NCBI GenBank assembly: GCA_051599415.1
Contig: AP039696.1
Location: 124,001-188,000 of the forward strand
From: Savitreella phatthalungensis
Lineage: Eukaryota
Reading direction: 5' to 3'
DNA length: 64,000 bases
The notes beneath the pieces were generated by a model. The model was not told where the DNA came from. It searched no databases and worked only from the letters and a program-made list of their open reading frames with translations. Position 1 is the stretch's first letter; each line of letters opens with the position of its first letter. A program made the position numbers and the translations under genes. Positions 42,464-52,574 of the stretch are shown piece after piece.

Positions 42464-43167
42464 GTGGTCAATCCCTGATCACGTTACCTGACGATGGCAA
42501 CCAGGAACCTTGTTTCTCTACTGCACGCTGCCAATCACTTGCGCCGAAGCTATCGCTGAGAGTTTGCAAGGAATCACTTGGGGCACACGCCATAGAAGAA
42601 AGGATGACACTATAAAAAGTAATTTCCTACAACACATTCTTCCCAGCTTGTTTGATCCATGACCGGTGTATGTGAGCACTGAAGATGACCTTGAAGATGG
42701 ACTCCGCACTTTAGTCGCGCATGTACTTATCAGATGCTGCTCAACAAACAGATCTTGCCTTTGGATGCCCATGCCACACCACCATCCCATGTACTGCGTT
42801 CCAAGGACCTTCAATCGTATTGACTACATCTGTTCTGTTGGAGCCTTCCTGCATTGGACTTAAATCAGTCAGTAGTGCACGTGAATGTGTCTTTGATTTG
42901 TTATTTTTCTGGTCACGTGTTTTTTCGCTGGTTTCGTCTCGTCGTTCGCGGAGAATCGGAGACGAGGACACTCGTTGACTCTGCTCTCCAATCTACTCTA
43001 CTCTACCCTGTTCATTCCTACGATACGCTGCTCCCTCCAGCTAGACACCAAGGTACCAGGGTAGTAGCAGCAGTAGCGTCTGACCCACTCGCTTATACTC
43101 CCAGTCCTGCACAAAAGATTTATCAGCTCCAGCTTAAGTGTCCTCAGCAGCAAAGCATCGACCTGTC

Positions 43168-43950
43168 ATGAACGCTCTCAGGCTCGCAAGGCCAGGTATT
43201 TCACTCCCATGAACATCAAATATCCTCTTCGTACATCCTTACTGACATTCCTCTCCAGCTCTAGCTCGCTCTACAGTAGCAGCAGCCGCGCGACAGAACA
43301 TTCAGGCAGCTACCCTCCTCGTCCGTCACAACTCCTCATCCTCCCGCGTCGACCCAGAAAAGAAGGCAGCATCGCTCATCGATGCCCTTCCCGGAAACTC
43401 CATCGTCTCAAAGACAGGAACACTCGCGGTCGGTGCTGCTTTGACCGCTGCAGCAGTCTCACAGGAGATCTACGTCGTCAACGAGGAGACCACCGTTCTC
43501 GCTGCCTTCATCGGTATCGTCACCGTCATTGTCCGTGCAGGAGGTGGTCCCTTCAATGAGTGGGCAGAGGGCAACATCCAGCGGATGAAGGACTTGCTCA
43601 ACGGTGCACGCTCAGAGCACACACAGGCAGTCCGTGAGCGTATCGACACAGTTCAGCAGATGCGCGACGTCGTCCCTCTCACAAAGTCCCTGTTCGGCCT
43701 TGCACGCGAGACAGTCGAGCTCGAGTCAAAGGCTCACGAGCTCCAGCAGCGCGTCAACTTTGCAGCAGAGGCAAAGCAGGTCCTCGACTCCTGGGTCCGT
43801 TACGAGTCCTCTGTGCGCCAGCGTGAGCAGAAGGAGCTCGCAGAGTCCGTCATTGCCAAAATCCAGCGCGAAGTCCAGAACCCAAAGACGCAGCAGCAGA
43901 TCCTCCAGCAGTCCATTGCCGAGGTCGAGCGTCTCATCTCCAAGGCTTAG
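43168..43950 (+). CDS. ATP4: ATP synthase subunit 4 (b), 2 exons
   Basis: Intron 43196-43258 (GTATTT..ACTGAC..CAG); spliced product contains DPEKKAASLIDALPGNS..KTG, EIYVVNEET, KQVLDSWVRYE. Confidence 0.92.
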
Positions 43951-44275
43951 ACAAAACCATAGCCTCAATCACCCAGAGCCATCGCTGTTGACTCTAGATG
44001 ATTTACACAATCACACGCACGTAGACACTCTTCAACTACAACATCACGTACAGCTCCTGTCCTAGAGCTCCGTCTCGTAAAATCCTTCTGTACTTGACCT
44101 TGACTTGTGTGAGACACTTCTGACGCGTCTTCTGCACACGTCTTCTTTTATCAATAAAAACACTCTGTCAACCTATCTCTGTGTTGTTCTGTCGTCGTAC
44201 TATCGTGCGGTCCGATCACAGGCACAAGAGCTGCTCTTCGACCGACGCTCTTCCCTCGAATTTGGACCACGAGGC

Positions 44276-45502
44276 ATGCCGTTCGCAGATGAGATCGAAG
44301 ACGAGGCCCTTGTTGCAGATGTCAAGTCTCTCGTGAGCAAGTACCCTGAGGCTCAGCCGGTCATCGACCGCGTTGTCGATCACTTTGTCCAGCTTCAGCA
44401 ACGACCCTCGAAGCGCGTCAAGCTCGACCCGTCATCGCCTGGAAGACCGTCTTCCTCGGCCTCCACACCAAGCTCCGACCCCGGTGTCCACCTCGCAACC
44501 ATCAAAGAAGTCACCATCCTCACCCCACTCCGGAAGAAGCTCAACCTCGTCTTCTCCACGAACGCACTATCGGCATCTCTCGGCACACACCCTGCCGTCA
44601 AGCCCGAACACAGTATCCCAACACGAAGCATCCGATATGTGGCTGTGGTGCCAGTGCCAGACAAGGCCGTTGCATCAGTAAATGTATGCATCTTCACAAC
44701 GTCCGCAGAACCACTGGTGTTCAGTCTGATCGAGGGAAGTGTTTCTGGAATCGTGGAGGAGGCCGGCAGACGTGGTCTGTCGCCTGCGATCTCCACTGCG
44801 TCTGGCGGGTTTGATGCAGTCCCATTCCTGTACCATCTGCTCGGCAAGGTACTCCGTCCTGGAGTGCCGATTCAGTCGCCCAACGACGCAGACTTTGCAT
44901 CCACACCAACCACCACCTCAACCGGCAAGCGCAAGCACCAATTGTACGTGCCTGCGCACATCGCCGCAAAGGCAGGCCACCTGTTCTTCCTCCCGGACGC
45001 GATTCTGTGGGGTTTCAAGAAGCCGCTGGTGCTACTACGTCACGCTGAGATTGCTTCAGTGGCGTTTGTGAACGTGCTGTCCAGGACGTTTGACATGTCG
45101 CTGGCGACGCGCGATGTCGCTGCCACCCCTGCCAAGGTCGACTTTGGCATGCTCCCGACAGAGGAGTTCGACGCAGTCAAGCGGTACATCGACAGCAAGC
45201 GCATCGGCGACGCATCCCTAGCAGACGACCGCAAGGCCAAGCCGCACTTCAAGGCCTCCATCGCTGGCGGCACCGCCACAGCCGCAGTCGACACCAACCC
45301 AAAGCCAAAGGCCAAGGTCTTAGCAGGCACAATCGACCAAATCGCAGCCGACAGCGACGACTCCGATGATGAGAACTTCGAGGACGATCGGAGTCACGGT
45401 GGATCGACTGTCGACAGCGATGACTCTGGCTCCGAGGAAGATGAGTCCGATGACGATGCAGACGATGTCGATCCAAGCGATACAGAACCTGCGGATGCAT
45501 GA
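44276..45502 (+). CDS. RTT106: Histone chaperone Rtt106 (double PH domain)
   Basis: PLRKKL, VPVPDK, GHLFFL...ILWGFKKPL, RTFD; acidic C-terminal tail. Confidence 0.8.
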   Translation: MPFADEIEDEALVADVKSLVSKYPEAQPVIDRVVDHFVQLQQRPSKRVKLDPSSPGRPSSSASTPSSDPGVHLATIKEVTILTPLRKKLNLVFSTNALSASLGTHPAVKPEHSIPTRSIRYVAVVPVPDKAVASVNVCIFTTSAEPLVFSLIEGSVSGIVEEAGRRGLSPAISTASGGFDAVPFLYHLLGKVLRPGVPIQSPNDADFASTPTTTSTGKRKHQLYVPAHIAAKAGHLFFLPDAILWGFKKPLVLLRHAEIASVAFVNVLSRTFDMSLATRDVAATPAKVDFGMLPTEEFDAVKRYIDSKRIGDASLADDRKAKPHFKASIAGGTATAAVDTNPKPKAKVLAGTIDQIAADSDDSDDENFEDDRSHGGSTVDSDDSGSEEDESDDDADDVDPSDTEPADA

Positions 45503-45523
45503 CACTTCGACGGCAACTGTGCA

Positions 45524-46321
45524 TTACGTATGTATGGCATCTATCAATGCCTGGAGCTCGGCAAAGTTTGCAACCCTGTACAATCCCTTTTGTCCTTTTG
45601 TGTACTCTCGGTACGGTCTCACTTGGACACCGAAACGATTGCAGTTGTTTGCGAGTGATTCGTTGTGTCCCATGATCACACCGACGTGTGCTTGGAGGAG
45701 TGCAGGCAGGTCGGTATTGCTATCCCCCACGTACACGACTTGCTGCTTCTCCTCCTCCATCAGCCCTGCAATCACACGCCGCTTGTCCTCGCCCACAAGC
45801 ACACCATCCACCTTGCTGCAGCCGCCAGTCGCCTTCGCGTCCTCTCCAAACACCAACTCGTTCGCCACCACCCACCGACCACTCCCCCACCCAACCACAG
45901 CATCCAGGTCAAACCCGGTCGCAGCACAAATAAATGTTCGCGACCAGTGCACTGACAGTATTCCCAGCTGAACACCCCTCTCTTCCTGCGTGTGTACAAA
46001 GTCGTGGAAGCCTTGACGGAGTGTGACTGCGTCCGCTGCTGCGGCGATACGTGCATGTGTGGTGCCTGCGAAGTAGCCGGACCCTGTGATGCGTGAGACG
46101 CTAGCCAGCTCTACGGTGCGGAGGCGAGCGAGGTGGGCGAGAAGGTCGTCTAGCGTGTGGCGTGTAGGGGCGGCGGCATCGAAAGCAGCCAGATCGTCCG
46201 TGTACGCACTCACAAACGACCTCCACCGACCTCCATCACCAAACAACGGCGAAGCCGACGCCAGCACCGCCATCGTGTCATCCACACTGATCGTCTCGTC
46301 AAAATCAAGCACCACCAGCAT
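45524..46321 (-). CDS. HAD-superfamily hydrolase (Cto1/thiamine-phosphatase-like)
   Basis: Motif I LDFDETIS; ILSVHWS; motif IV YVGDSNTDL. Confidence 0.8.
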   Translation of the reverse strand: MLVVLDFDETISVDDTMAVLASASPLFGDGGRWRSFVSAYTDDLAAFDAAAPTRHTLDDLLAHLARLRTVELASVSRITGSGYFAGTTHARIAAAADAVTLRQGFHDFVHTQEERGVQLGILSVHWSRTFICAATGFDLDAVVGWGSGRWVVANELVFGEDAKATGGCSKVDGVLVGEDKRRVIAGLMEEEKQQVVYVGDSNTDLPALLQAHVGVIMGHNESLANNCNRFGVQVRPYREYTKGQKGLYRVANFAELQALIDAIHT

Positions 46322-46631
46322 CCTCCACCTGTCGTATCTACCACGAGACGTTCCCTTTGTGTTTGTACAACTGGTGGAACGGTCAATGGTGTCACCTTCC
46401 CAATCGGGTAAGGGTGCACAGTATTTCAGAAAATTTCCCCGGAGGTAATTAGACTGGTACGAGGTAGGTCACAGTGCCAGGAGAGCAATTGGAGGACCAC
46501 ATCGGCGGCTTACCCGCTCATCCACAAACAAGGTCACTTAAGCGAGTCGTACGATCGGCGCCTTCCAAACCTCTCCTGATTAAAGATGTGCAGAGTCCTG
46601 GAATCATAGACACAGCCAAACGTCACGCATC

Positions 46632-48179
46632 ATGGGTCAGGATGTCGACGTCGATGTCGATATTGACGTGGTACAGAGCAACCGGGAATCATGGCTTAGA
46701 AGGCTACGTGGAAACCCGGCGTTCATCGTCCACTGCGTCGGTTTCGCCATCTTCACTGACCTCTTCCTGTACGGGATCATCGTGCCTGTGCTGCCGTATG
46801 CGCTGACGCCGCGATTCAACATCCCAGAGGATCAGGTTCAGATCAAGGTGTCCGGCTTGCTGGCAGCGTATGCGGCAGGTCTGTTCACGGCGTGCCCCGT
46901 GGTTGGCTGGTGGTCGGATCGAGTGAGTGCACGTCGGACGCCGTTGCTGGCAGGGTTGGTCGTGCTGGCTGCAACGACCTTGATGCTCATGCTTGCACGG
47001 GTGTTCTGGCTCCTGGTGGTCGCGAGACTGCTCCAGGGGATGTCTGCCGCGGTGGTGTGGACGGTCGGGATGGCGCTGCTGGGTGACACTGTCGGGACAC
47101 ACGCCATTGGCGCAGCCATGGGTGTTGTATCAATCTACCTCGGCTGCGGCATTTTCGCGGGACCCATCCTAGGCGGCATCCTCTACCGCGCAGGTGGATA
47201 CTACCCGCCCTACGCACTCGCACTCGCAGTCCTCGCCATAGACATCGTCTGGCGTCTAGCCATCATTGAGCGGCCCCGTCATCGTCACCAAACCCCAACG
47301 TCCTCCACTTCCACAGGTCACCCGGCTACAGATAATGGCACGCCTCTTTGGACATCACGTTTGCCAGCCATCATCCGCATCCTCAGTTTCCCGCGTGTCC
47401 TCGCCGGATGTTGGCTTGGCTTTATCTGCGCAGCAGTGTTGAGCTGCTTTGACTCCGTGCTGCCGCTTCATCTGGAAGAGATCTTCGGATTCGATTCGCT
47501 GGCGGCTGGACTCGTTTTCGGGGCGTTGGTACTGCCGTCATTTGTGGTGTCGCCGCTGGCAGGATGGTGGCTTGATCGGCGCGGCACGAAGCTGATCACC
47601 TTGGTCGGGTGCACACTCCAGGTACCATTCCTGATCTTGCTACGGCTGCCGACGAGCGCACGACCGAGGACACCGCAGGTCGTCCTCATGTGCGCACTTC
47701 TCGCACTTAACGGCGTCGCCGCAGCCCTAGCGCTTCCAGCATCACTCGCAGAAATTACACTCTGCGTAACAGAGGCAGAAGACCGTCACCCGGGCTCGTT
47801 CGGCGCACGAGGCGCCCTCGCCTCAGGCTACGCCCTCTACAATGTCATGTATGCCGTCGGCAGTTTCGTCGGCCCGCTCGTCGCGGGCGCTGTCAGGGAC
47901 GCGGCCGGATGGAAGACGATGGCCTGGGTCATGGCTCTCCTAGAAGCTATTGGTCTGCCCATCATTGTCCTATACCTCGGTGGACCATTGCGTGGAGGCC
48001 GCAAAGTCTGGCTCGGCCCAGTGGACAACAAACCAGCCGCGGTACCAGCGACACACGCCAACGACCAGATCGCTCCATACCCGACCAGCACTCATGTGCA
48101 AGAGCAGGAGCAGCAGCATGAGCATGAAACAATCGAAAAATCAAAGCCGGCACCCGTCGCAGTCGCCTCAGCCATCTAG
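46632..48179 (+). CDS. MFS transporter (vesicular amine transporter-like)
   Basis: AIFTDLFLYGIIVPVLP; GWWSDRVSARR; ARLLQGMSAAVVW; about 12 TM helices. Confidence 0.85.
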   Translation: MGQDVDVDVDIDVVQSNRESWLRRLRGNPAFIVHCVGFAIFTDLFLYGIIVPVLPYALTPRFNIPEDQVQIKVSGLLAAYAAGLFTACPVVGWWSDRVSARRTPLLAGLVVLAATTLMLMLARVFWLLVVARLLQGMSAAVVWTVGMALLGDTVGTHAIGAAMGVVSIYLGCGIFAGPILGGILYRAGGYYPPYALALAVLAIDIVWRLAIIERPRHRHQTPTSSTSTGHPATDNGTPLWTSRLPAIIRILSFPRVLAGCWLGFICAAVLSCFDSVLPLHLEEIFGFDSLAAGLVFGALVLPSFVVSPLAGWWLDRRGTKLITLVGCTLQVPFLILLRLPTSARPRTPQVVLMCALLALNGVAAALALPASLAEITLCVTEAEDRHPGSFGARGALASGYALYNVMYAVGSFVGPLVAGAVRDAAGWKTMAWVMALLEAIGLPIIVLYLGGPLRGGRKVWLGPVDNKPAAVPATHANDQIAPYPTSTHVQEQEQQHEHETIEKSKPAPVAVASAI

Positions 48180-48259
48180 ACATCAACCGCAGCATATTAG
48201 CATCCATTCACGTACTGTACAGCTTACTCGTCATAAAATCTCCATCCTCGTCAGCCGTC

Positions 48260-49228
48260 CTAGTATAGTCCCGGAATTAGAAGCGCTCGTCGTCGTGGTT
48301 TGTCCCATGTAGTGAATGCGCGGCGTCCCCAAGCGTCTGTCTGTCTGGCTGAGGTAGTCAGCATCAGGATCGTCCAGAGCACAGGCCACAGGGCGTGAAT
48401 ATGTCCTGCAGCCAGAGCGATCGAGGCGTAGATCACAATCTCTGCGCCGTAGTGTGGACAGATAGCGTATGCTAGGGCGCCCTTTCGGACGTCCGCGTAA
48501 GTCCCCGGCCTGAGCGCCGCTCTCGTCCGCGCGAGAACCCTGTGTACGCTTGCTTGCACGCTCGATGCAGCAATGAATCCGACAACTGCGATCACCCGGA
48601 TAGCCAAGGACCATGCGTCTGTGGCGGGCTCCAGGTGGCGACCTGCGTGATAGACCGTGTTGGTGAGCAGGTAGAAGAGCCAGCCTGCGAAGAGATGTCC
48701 CAGAAACATCGTGCTCCGCTTGGCATTAGCATCAGTGGACGCTGCTTTGCGAGCAGATGTGCCGGAGATCAAGCTCTCGCAGAGTCGCCGGACACTGTGC
48801 AGCAACATCAAGACACTGCCCCACCCGCCCCACCTCCCGTGGGAGACGACGCAGACACTCGTCACGCTGAGCACTGTAGACAATAGGTAAAACGTCCAAA
48901 ACCACGAATGGGGTACCTGCAGATGCGCAAGTAGTGTCTGAATAGCAGTCTTCCGACGACCAGCTGAACTGCTGCTGGTCTTCCCATAGACCACAATCAG
49001 TCTAGCATGGTCACCAGCGAGTAAGAGGACCAGTAAACCCGTGCAAGTGATTCCAAAGAGTACATCGACAGCACACAGTACTAGACGGCTGCTCCATGGA
49101 TCTATCAGCATCTGTGGAACTGTACTGGCATGAGAGAAAGAGGATGATAATGATGATGATGATGTTAGTAGACTAGTCTGTTGTGCATATGTGTCTGTGT
49201 ATGTATACAAGTACTGTATGATAGACAT
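48260..49228 (-). CDS. DFG10: Polyprenol reductase (steroid 5-alpha-reductase family); start uncertain (ATG 49228 with probable intron 49125-49214, or ATG 49111)
   Basis: VPHSWFWTFY, HSVRRLCES, CPHYGAEIVIY, RRALLIPGLY; minus strand shows GTACTT..TACTAAC..CAG in matching phase. Confidence 0.78.
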   Translation of the reverse strand: MSIIQYLYTYTDTYAQQTSLLTSSSSLSSSFSHASTVPQMLIDPWSSRLVLCAVDVLFGITCTGLLVLLLAGDHARLIVVYGKTSSSSAGRRKTAIQTLLAHLQVPHSWFWTFYLLSTVLSVTSVCVVSHGRWGGWGSVLMLLHSVRRLCESLISGTSARKAASTDANAKRSTMFLGHLFAGWLFYLLTNTVYHAGRHLEPATDAWSLAIRVIAVVGFIAASSVQASVHRVLARTRAALRPGTYADVRKGALAYAICPHYGAEIVIYASIALAAGHIHALWPVLWTILMLTTSARQTDAWGRRAFTTWDKPRRRALLIPGLY

Positions 49229-49467
49229 GAGTTGCAAGTCAAATTGATGTGGGGCACCGTTGAACAGAACACGTGATGATTTAATCGTCAAAAGACCACT
49301 TCACCGCTTCATTCACGACAACCTCTTCGAACAAACCTTCATTATCATCATCCTCGTCAAGTATTGCGCAAGTAGCAGGAGCTATACAGACTCTATCCTG
49401 AGTTCTACTGAGGCGCTGGACCCTGTTCTTCTCAGAAGCACCTTGAGAGGACTCTCGTAGAGCCACC

Positions 49468-52041
49468 ATGAAACGCTCAGCGTCCGAAATGGTGGCAGAC
49501 CAAGTGCCGCCAGACAAACCAGCTAGAACCACAGCTGATGAAGATGACGATGAAGAGCTTAGTGAAGTGGATGAAGCGCTTGTGGAAGAAGTCGAGAATG
49601 AGCTCACACCACAACGAACAGTCATCAAGAAGGAGCTTCTAGTACAACCACCGCTTAAAGTCAATGCTCGTGACAAGACTCACGGCAGAACAGCACTGCA
49701 TAAAGCTGCTGCCAAAGGCGACGTTGAGCGCGTGCAGCAACTGCTCGATCAAGGCGCCGATCCGAGTATTCGTGACAATGCGCGTGTCTCGCCACTGCAT
49801 GAGGCCGCAACGAGAGGCAGGCTAGACGTCGTCAAGCTTCTTCTGACGACGCAGGCGATCGATGTGTCTCCGCGTGACATACAGGGAGACTATCCTCTGC
49901 TCGATGCTGCTCAGAACGACTTCTACGATATCTGCCGCGTGCTTCTCGACGCCGGTGCAGACCCTACACTCAGGAACGACGATGGCTGCTCTGCACTGTC
50001 AGAGGCGGAAGAAGGTCCTCTTAAGGAGCTGCTCCGCCGGTACTCTTCTGCCGAGGAGTCGGCGACGCGTACTGCTGTTGTTCAGACAGACGCATCTCCG
50101 CGCCGCCTCCACGCTGGCGCAAATGGTCATGGCGTAGCCAACGGTCGTGCCATTCGTGTCGATGCACGTGGTGCACGTCAGGTGGACGAGCACGGCCGAG
50201 ACGCGCTACACCGGCATGTGCTCGAGGAAGAGGAAGATCTGGTAGAGCAGTACCTCGAAATCCAGGACGCCGACTTTGCAGACAACCTCGGCGACACGCC
50301 TCTTCACGCAGCTGCACGTCTCGGCAACGCACGTATTGTCTCGATGCTTCTCGCCAGGCGCGCACGTCAAGAGCCTAATATCCTTGGCAACTTTCCCTTG
50401 CACGAGGCCAAAACGCCAATCGTCGTCCAGATGCTACTCGAGAGAGGTTCCGCTCTAGTCACAAACAAGGAAGGCAAGACGCCTTCACAGCTGGCATTGC
50501 CAGGGTCTCGCGAGTTCGTGCTTTTGGAAGAAGCTGCGACGAGGGAACTCTTGCATCCACGAAAGCGCAGGTCCCGTGGTGGAACCGGTACTGGCAGGCG
50601 GCCGAGGTCCGATTCAGCAGCGACGACAGATACTGCTATCGATGGCGAGTCCGTCCTGCACCGGGAGTCTTCCTTCATGTCTGACGTTTCACCGGTCAAG
50701 AGTTCTAATACAGTATCAACGCCGCCACCTGGCAGCGCAGGTGATCATCTCCCAACCAAGAAGAAAGTCAATGTCAGAGGCGCATCTCGCAGAATCGCAC
50801 CTGATCCACCGAGCCCACCAGCAACAGAAATCACCGAGGCGACCGTGCAAGTCGCAGCAGCTGGAGACTCGCCGCGGTCTGAGAAAGAGCTTGAGGCAGT
50901 GGCATCTTCTACGACGCTTGTGCCGCCAGCGTCTGTCCCGCGTGACCACAGTCGATCGCCTAGCAAGAGAGATGTCGCACTGACAGCGCACGCCAATGGC
51001 ACGTCACACTCACCTATACATAAACAACCGGCGGAATCACCTGGCCCTCGCACTCTCTCGCCCACAGCTGCTGACCTCACTCTCCCGGACTTCCGACCAC
51101 CTCAGTCATTTGGTGATTCTTCAGTGCGTGGTAGTCCGTTGAGAGATCGTGCCAATGCCGTCACACCGCAGCGGCTGCCACCTGCCTCAACGCCGTCCTC
51201 GCCATCATATGCTGAAGTGCTCGAGGAGTTGCAGCGATCGCGGCGTGAACGTGATGCACTGAAGCAAGCGCTCGACGCTCAGTCGAGCACTATAGCAGCC
51301 CTCACAGCTGCCACGGCCAAAGCTCGAGCCGACACGACGAAGCAGATTGACCGACAGGCCGCTTTGATTGAGCAGCTGACGTCTGAGCTTCGTGCTACTG
51401 CCGGAGCTATGGCCGCCACGCAGCAAACCTTCCTTGGCCAACTCGCGGGTCAAGTCAACGCGGTCTTCGCGGGCGGTGCTCAGGCTGCAGCGGCTGCTCG
51501 TGAGCGCGAGCGCGAGCTCGAGATCCACCTGCAGCACCAGCAACAACAACAGCAACAGTTCCAGCAACCTCCTCCACCTCCCCTACATCAGCAGCAGCAG
51601 GGAGCTCCATACTACGGCACCCCAGCAGGCTACTACCGCCCTCCTGGGTCGTATGCAGAACCACAACCACCTACGGCTGCACCTGCAGGTGGTTTCCCCA
51701 ATAGAACGACCGCGTCTGGCTACCGCGGGGGTGCAGGTGCAAATGCAAGTGCCGCCATAGCTGCAGCACCATCCAAAGTCTCCTCCTCCACCACCCCTGC
51801 TCTCTCCAAAGCCGCTTCAACGTCATCCGCCTCACCCGTCCTCTCTTCCCGCCCACCACCCTCCTCCTCTGCATCCCTCGCCATCACCACCAACAACAAC
51901 AACACGACAAATTCACCCACCCCGACCTCCACACCCCCGCCAGGACCGATCACCAGCCACCTTCGCTCGACCGCGAACCCTCTTCCTGCCAACGCAACGA
52001 GCACACGCATGGGTCGGGCGTTCTACGACCCGATCCGGTAG
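49468..52041 (+). CDS. Ankyrin-repeat protein with disordered/coiled-coil C-terminus (Hos4-like architecture)
   Basis: Two ankyrin clusters (GRTALHKAA, SPLHEAA, GDTPLHAAA, NFPLHEA); basic NLS-like PRKRRSR. Confidence 0.7.
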   Translation: MKRSASEMVADQVPPDKPARTTADEDDDEELSEVDEALVEEVENELTPQRTVIKKELLVQPPLKVNARDKTHGRTALHKAAAKGDVERVQQLLDQGADPSIRDNARVSPLHEAATRGRLDVVKLLLTTQAIDVSPRDIQGDYPLLDAAQNDFYDICRVLLDAGADPTLRNDDGCSALSEAEEGPLKELLRRYSSAEESATRTAVVQTDASPRRLHAGANGHGVANGRAIRVDARGARQVDEHGRDALHRHVLEEEEDLVEQYLEIQDADFADNLGDTPLHAAARLGNARIVSMLLARRARQEPNILGNFPLHEAKTPIVVQMLLERGSALVTNKEGKTPSQLALPGSREFVLLEEAATRELLHPRKRRSRGGTGTGRRPRSDSAATTDTAIDGESVLHRESSFMSDVSPVKSSNTVSTPPPGSAGDHLPTKKKVNVRGASRRIAPDPPSPPATEITEATVQVAAAGDSPRSEKELEAVASSTTLVPPASVPRDHSRSPSKRDVALTAHANGTSHSPIHKQPAESPGPRTLSPTAADLTLPDFRPPQSFGDSSVRGSPLRDRANAVTPQRLPPASTPSSPSYAEVLEELQRSRRERDALKQALDAQSSTIAALTAATAKARADTTKQIDRQAALIEQLTSELRATAGAMAATQQTFLGQLAGQVNAVFAGGAQAAAAARERERELEIHLQHQQQQQQQFQQPPPPPLHQQQQGAPYYGTPAGYYRPPGSYAEPQPPTAAPAGGFPNRTTASGYRGGAGANASAAIAAAPSKVSSSTTPALSKAASTSSASPVLSSRPPPSSSASLAITTNNNNTTNSPTPTSTPPPGPITSHLRSTANPLPANATSTRMGRAFYDPIR

Positions 52042-52096
52042 CCTTTTTAAGTTTTTGTATGTATCGGAATTTGTTTGATCAGGTCCGTCCACAACC

Positions 52097-52413
52097 CTAC
52101 GTCCGATCTAGTCTCGGTACCGATGACATCTTTGGCAGTTTCTCATCCTCCTTGATCTCTCCTGCGTTCAGCCTTCTCACGTACTCGTCCTGGACCGTCT
52201 GCAGCCGGGCGAGCTCTTTCGTCCTGTGGAGGCACTCCATGTAGTCGTCTAGCGCCAGCTTGCACTCGCCTTCTTCACCACCACCAGCTGCTGTGTGTCA
52301 GTCCCTGTGGGCTCACCGCTCCGAGTCATCCACCTACCGTAGCAACTTAGAAATCCCTGCCAGTGTGGAAAACATCGGCCCTGCCCACCAAACACACCGT
52401 ACCCGGAAGCCAT
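52097..52413 (-). CDS. NDUFS5: NADH:ubiquinone oxidoreductase 15-kDa subunit (NDUFS5/NIPM), 2 exons; absent from ORF track
   Basis: MASGYGVFGGQGRCFPHWQGFLSCY|AGGGEEGECKLALDDYMECLHRTKE...; twin CX9-10C; intron 52288-52337 (GTAGGT..ACTGAC..CAGCAG). Confidence 0.88.
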
Positions 52414-52574
52414 CGTCGATAAGGTCGAGCTTGGATGTGTGTGCGCTTTTGCCTTTGAACGCTGTGATGTGGGTGAGGTTGAAGGGGTAGGACGATCGAT
52501 GCGATTGATTTCACGTGGGTGAATACAGAGAATTGAGGATTATTTAGCTCTAGGGTATGAATATGTATGGGATT

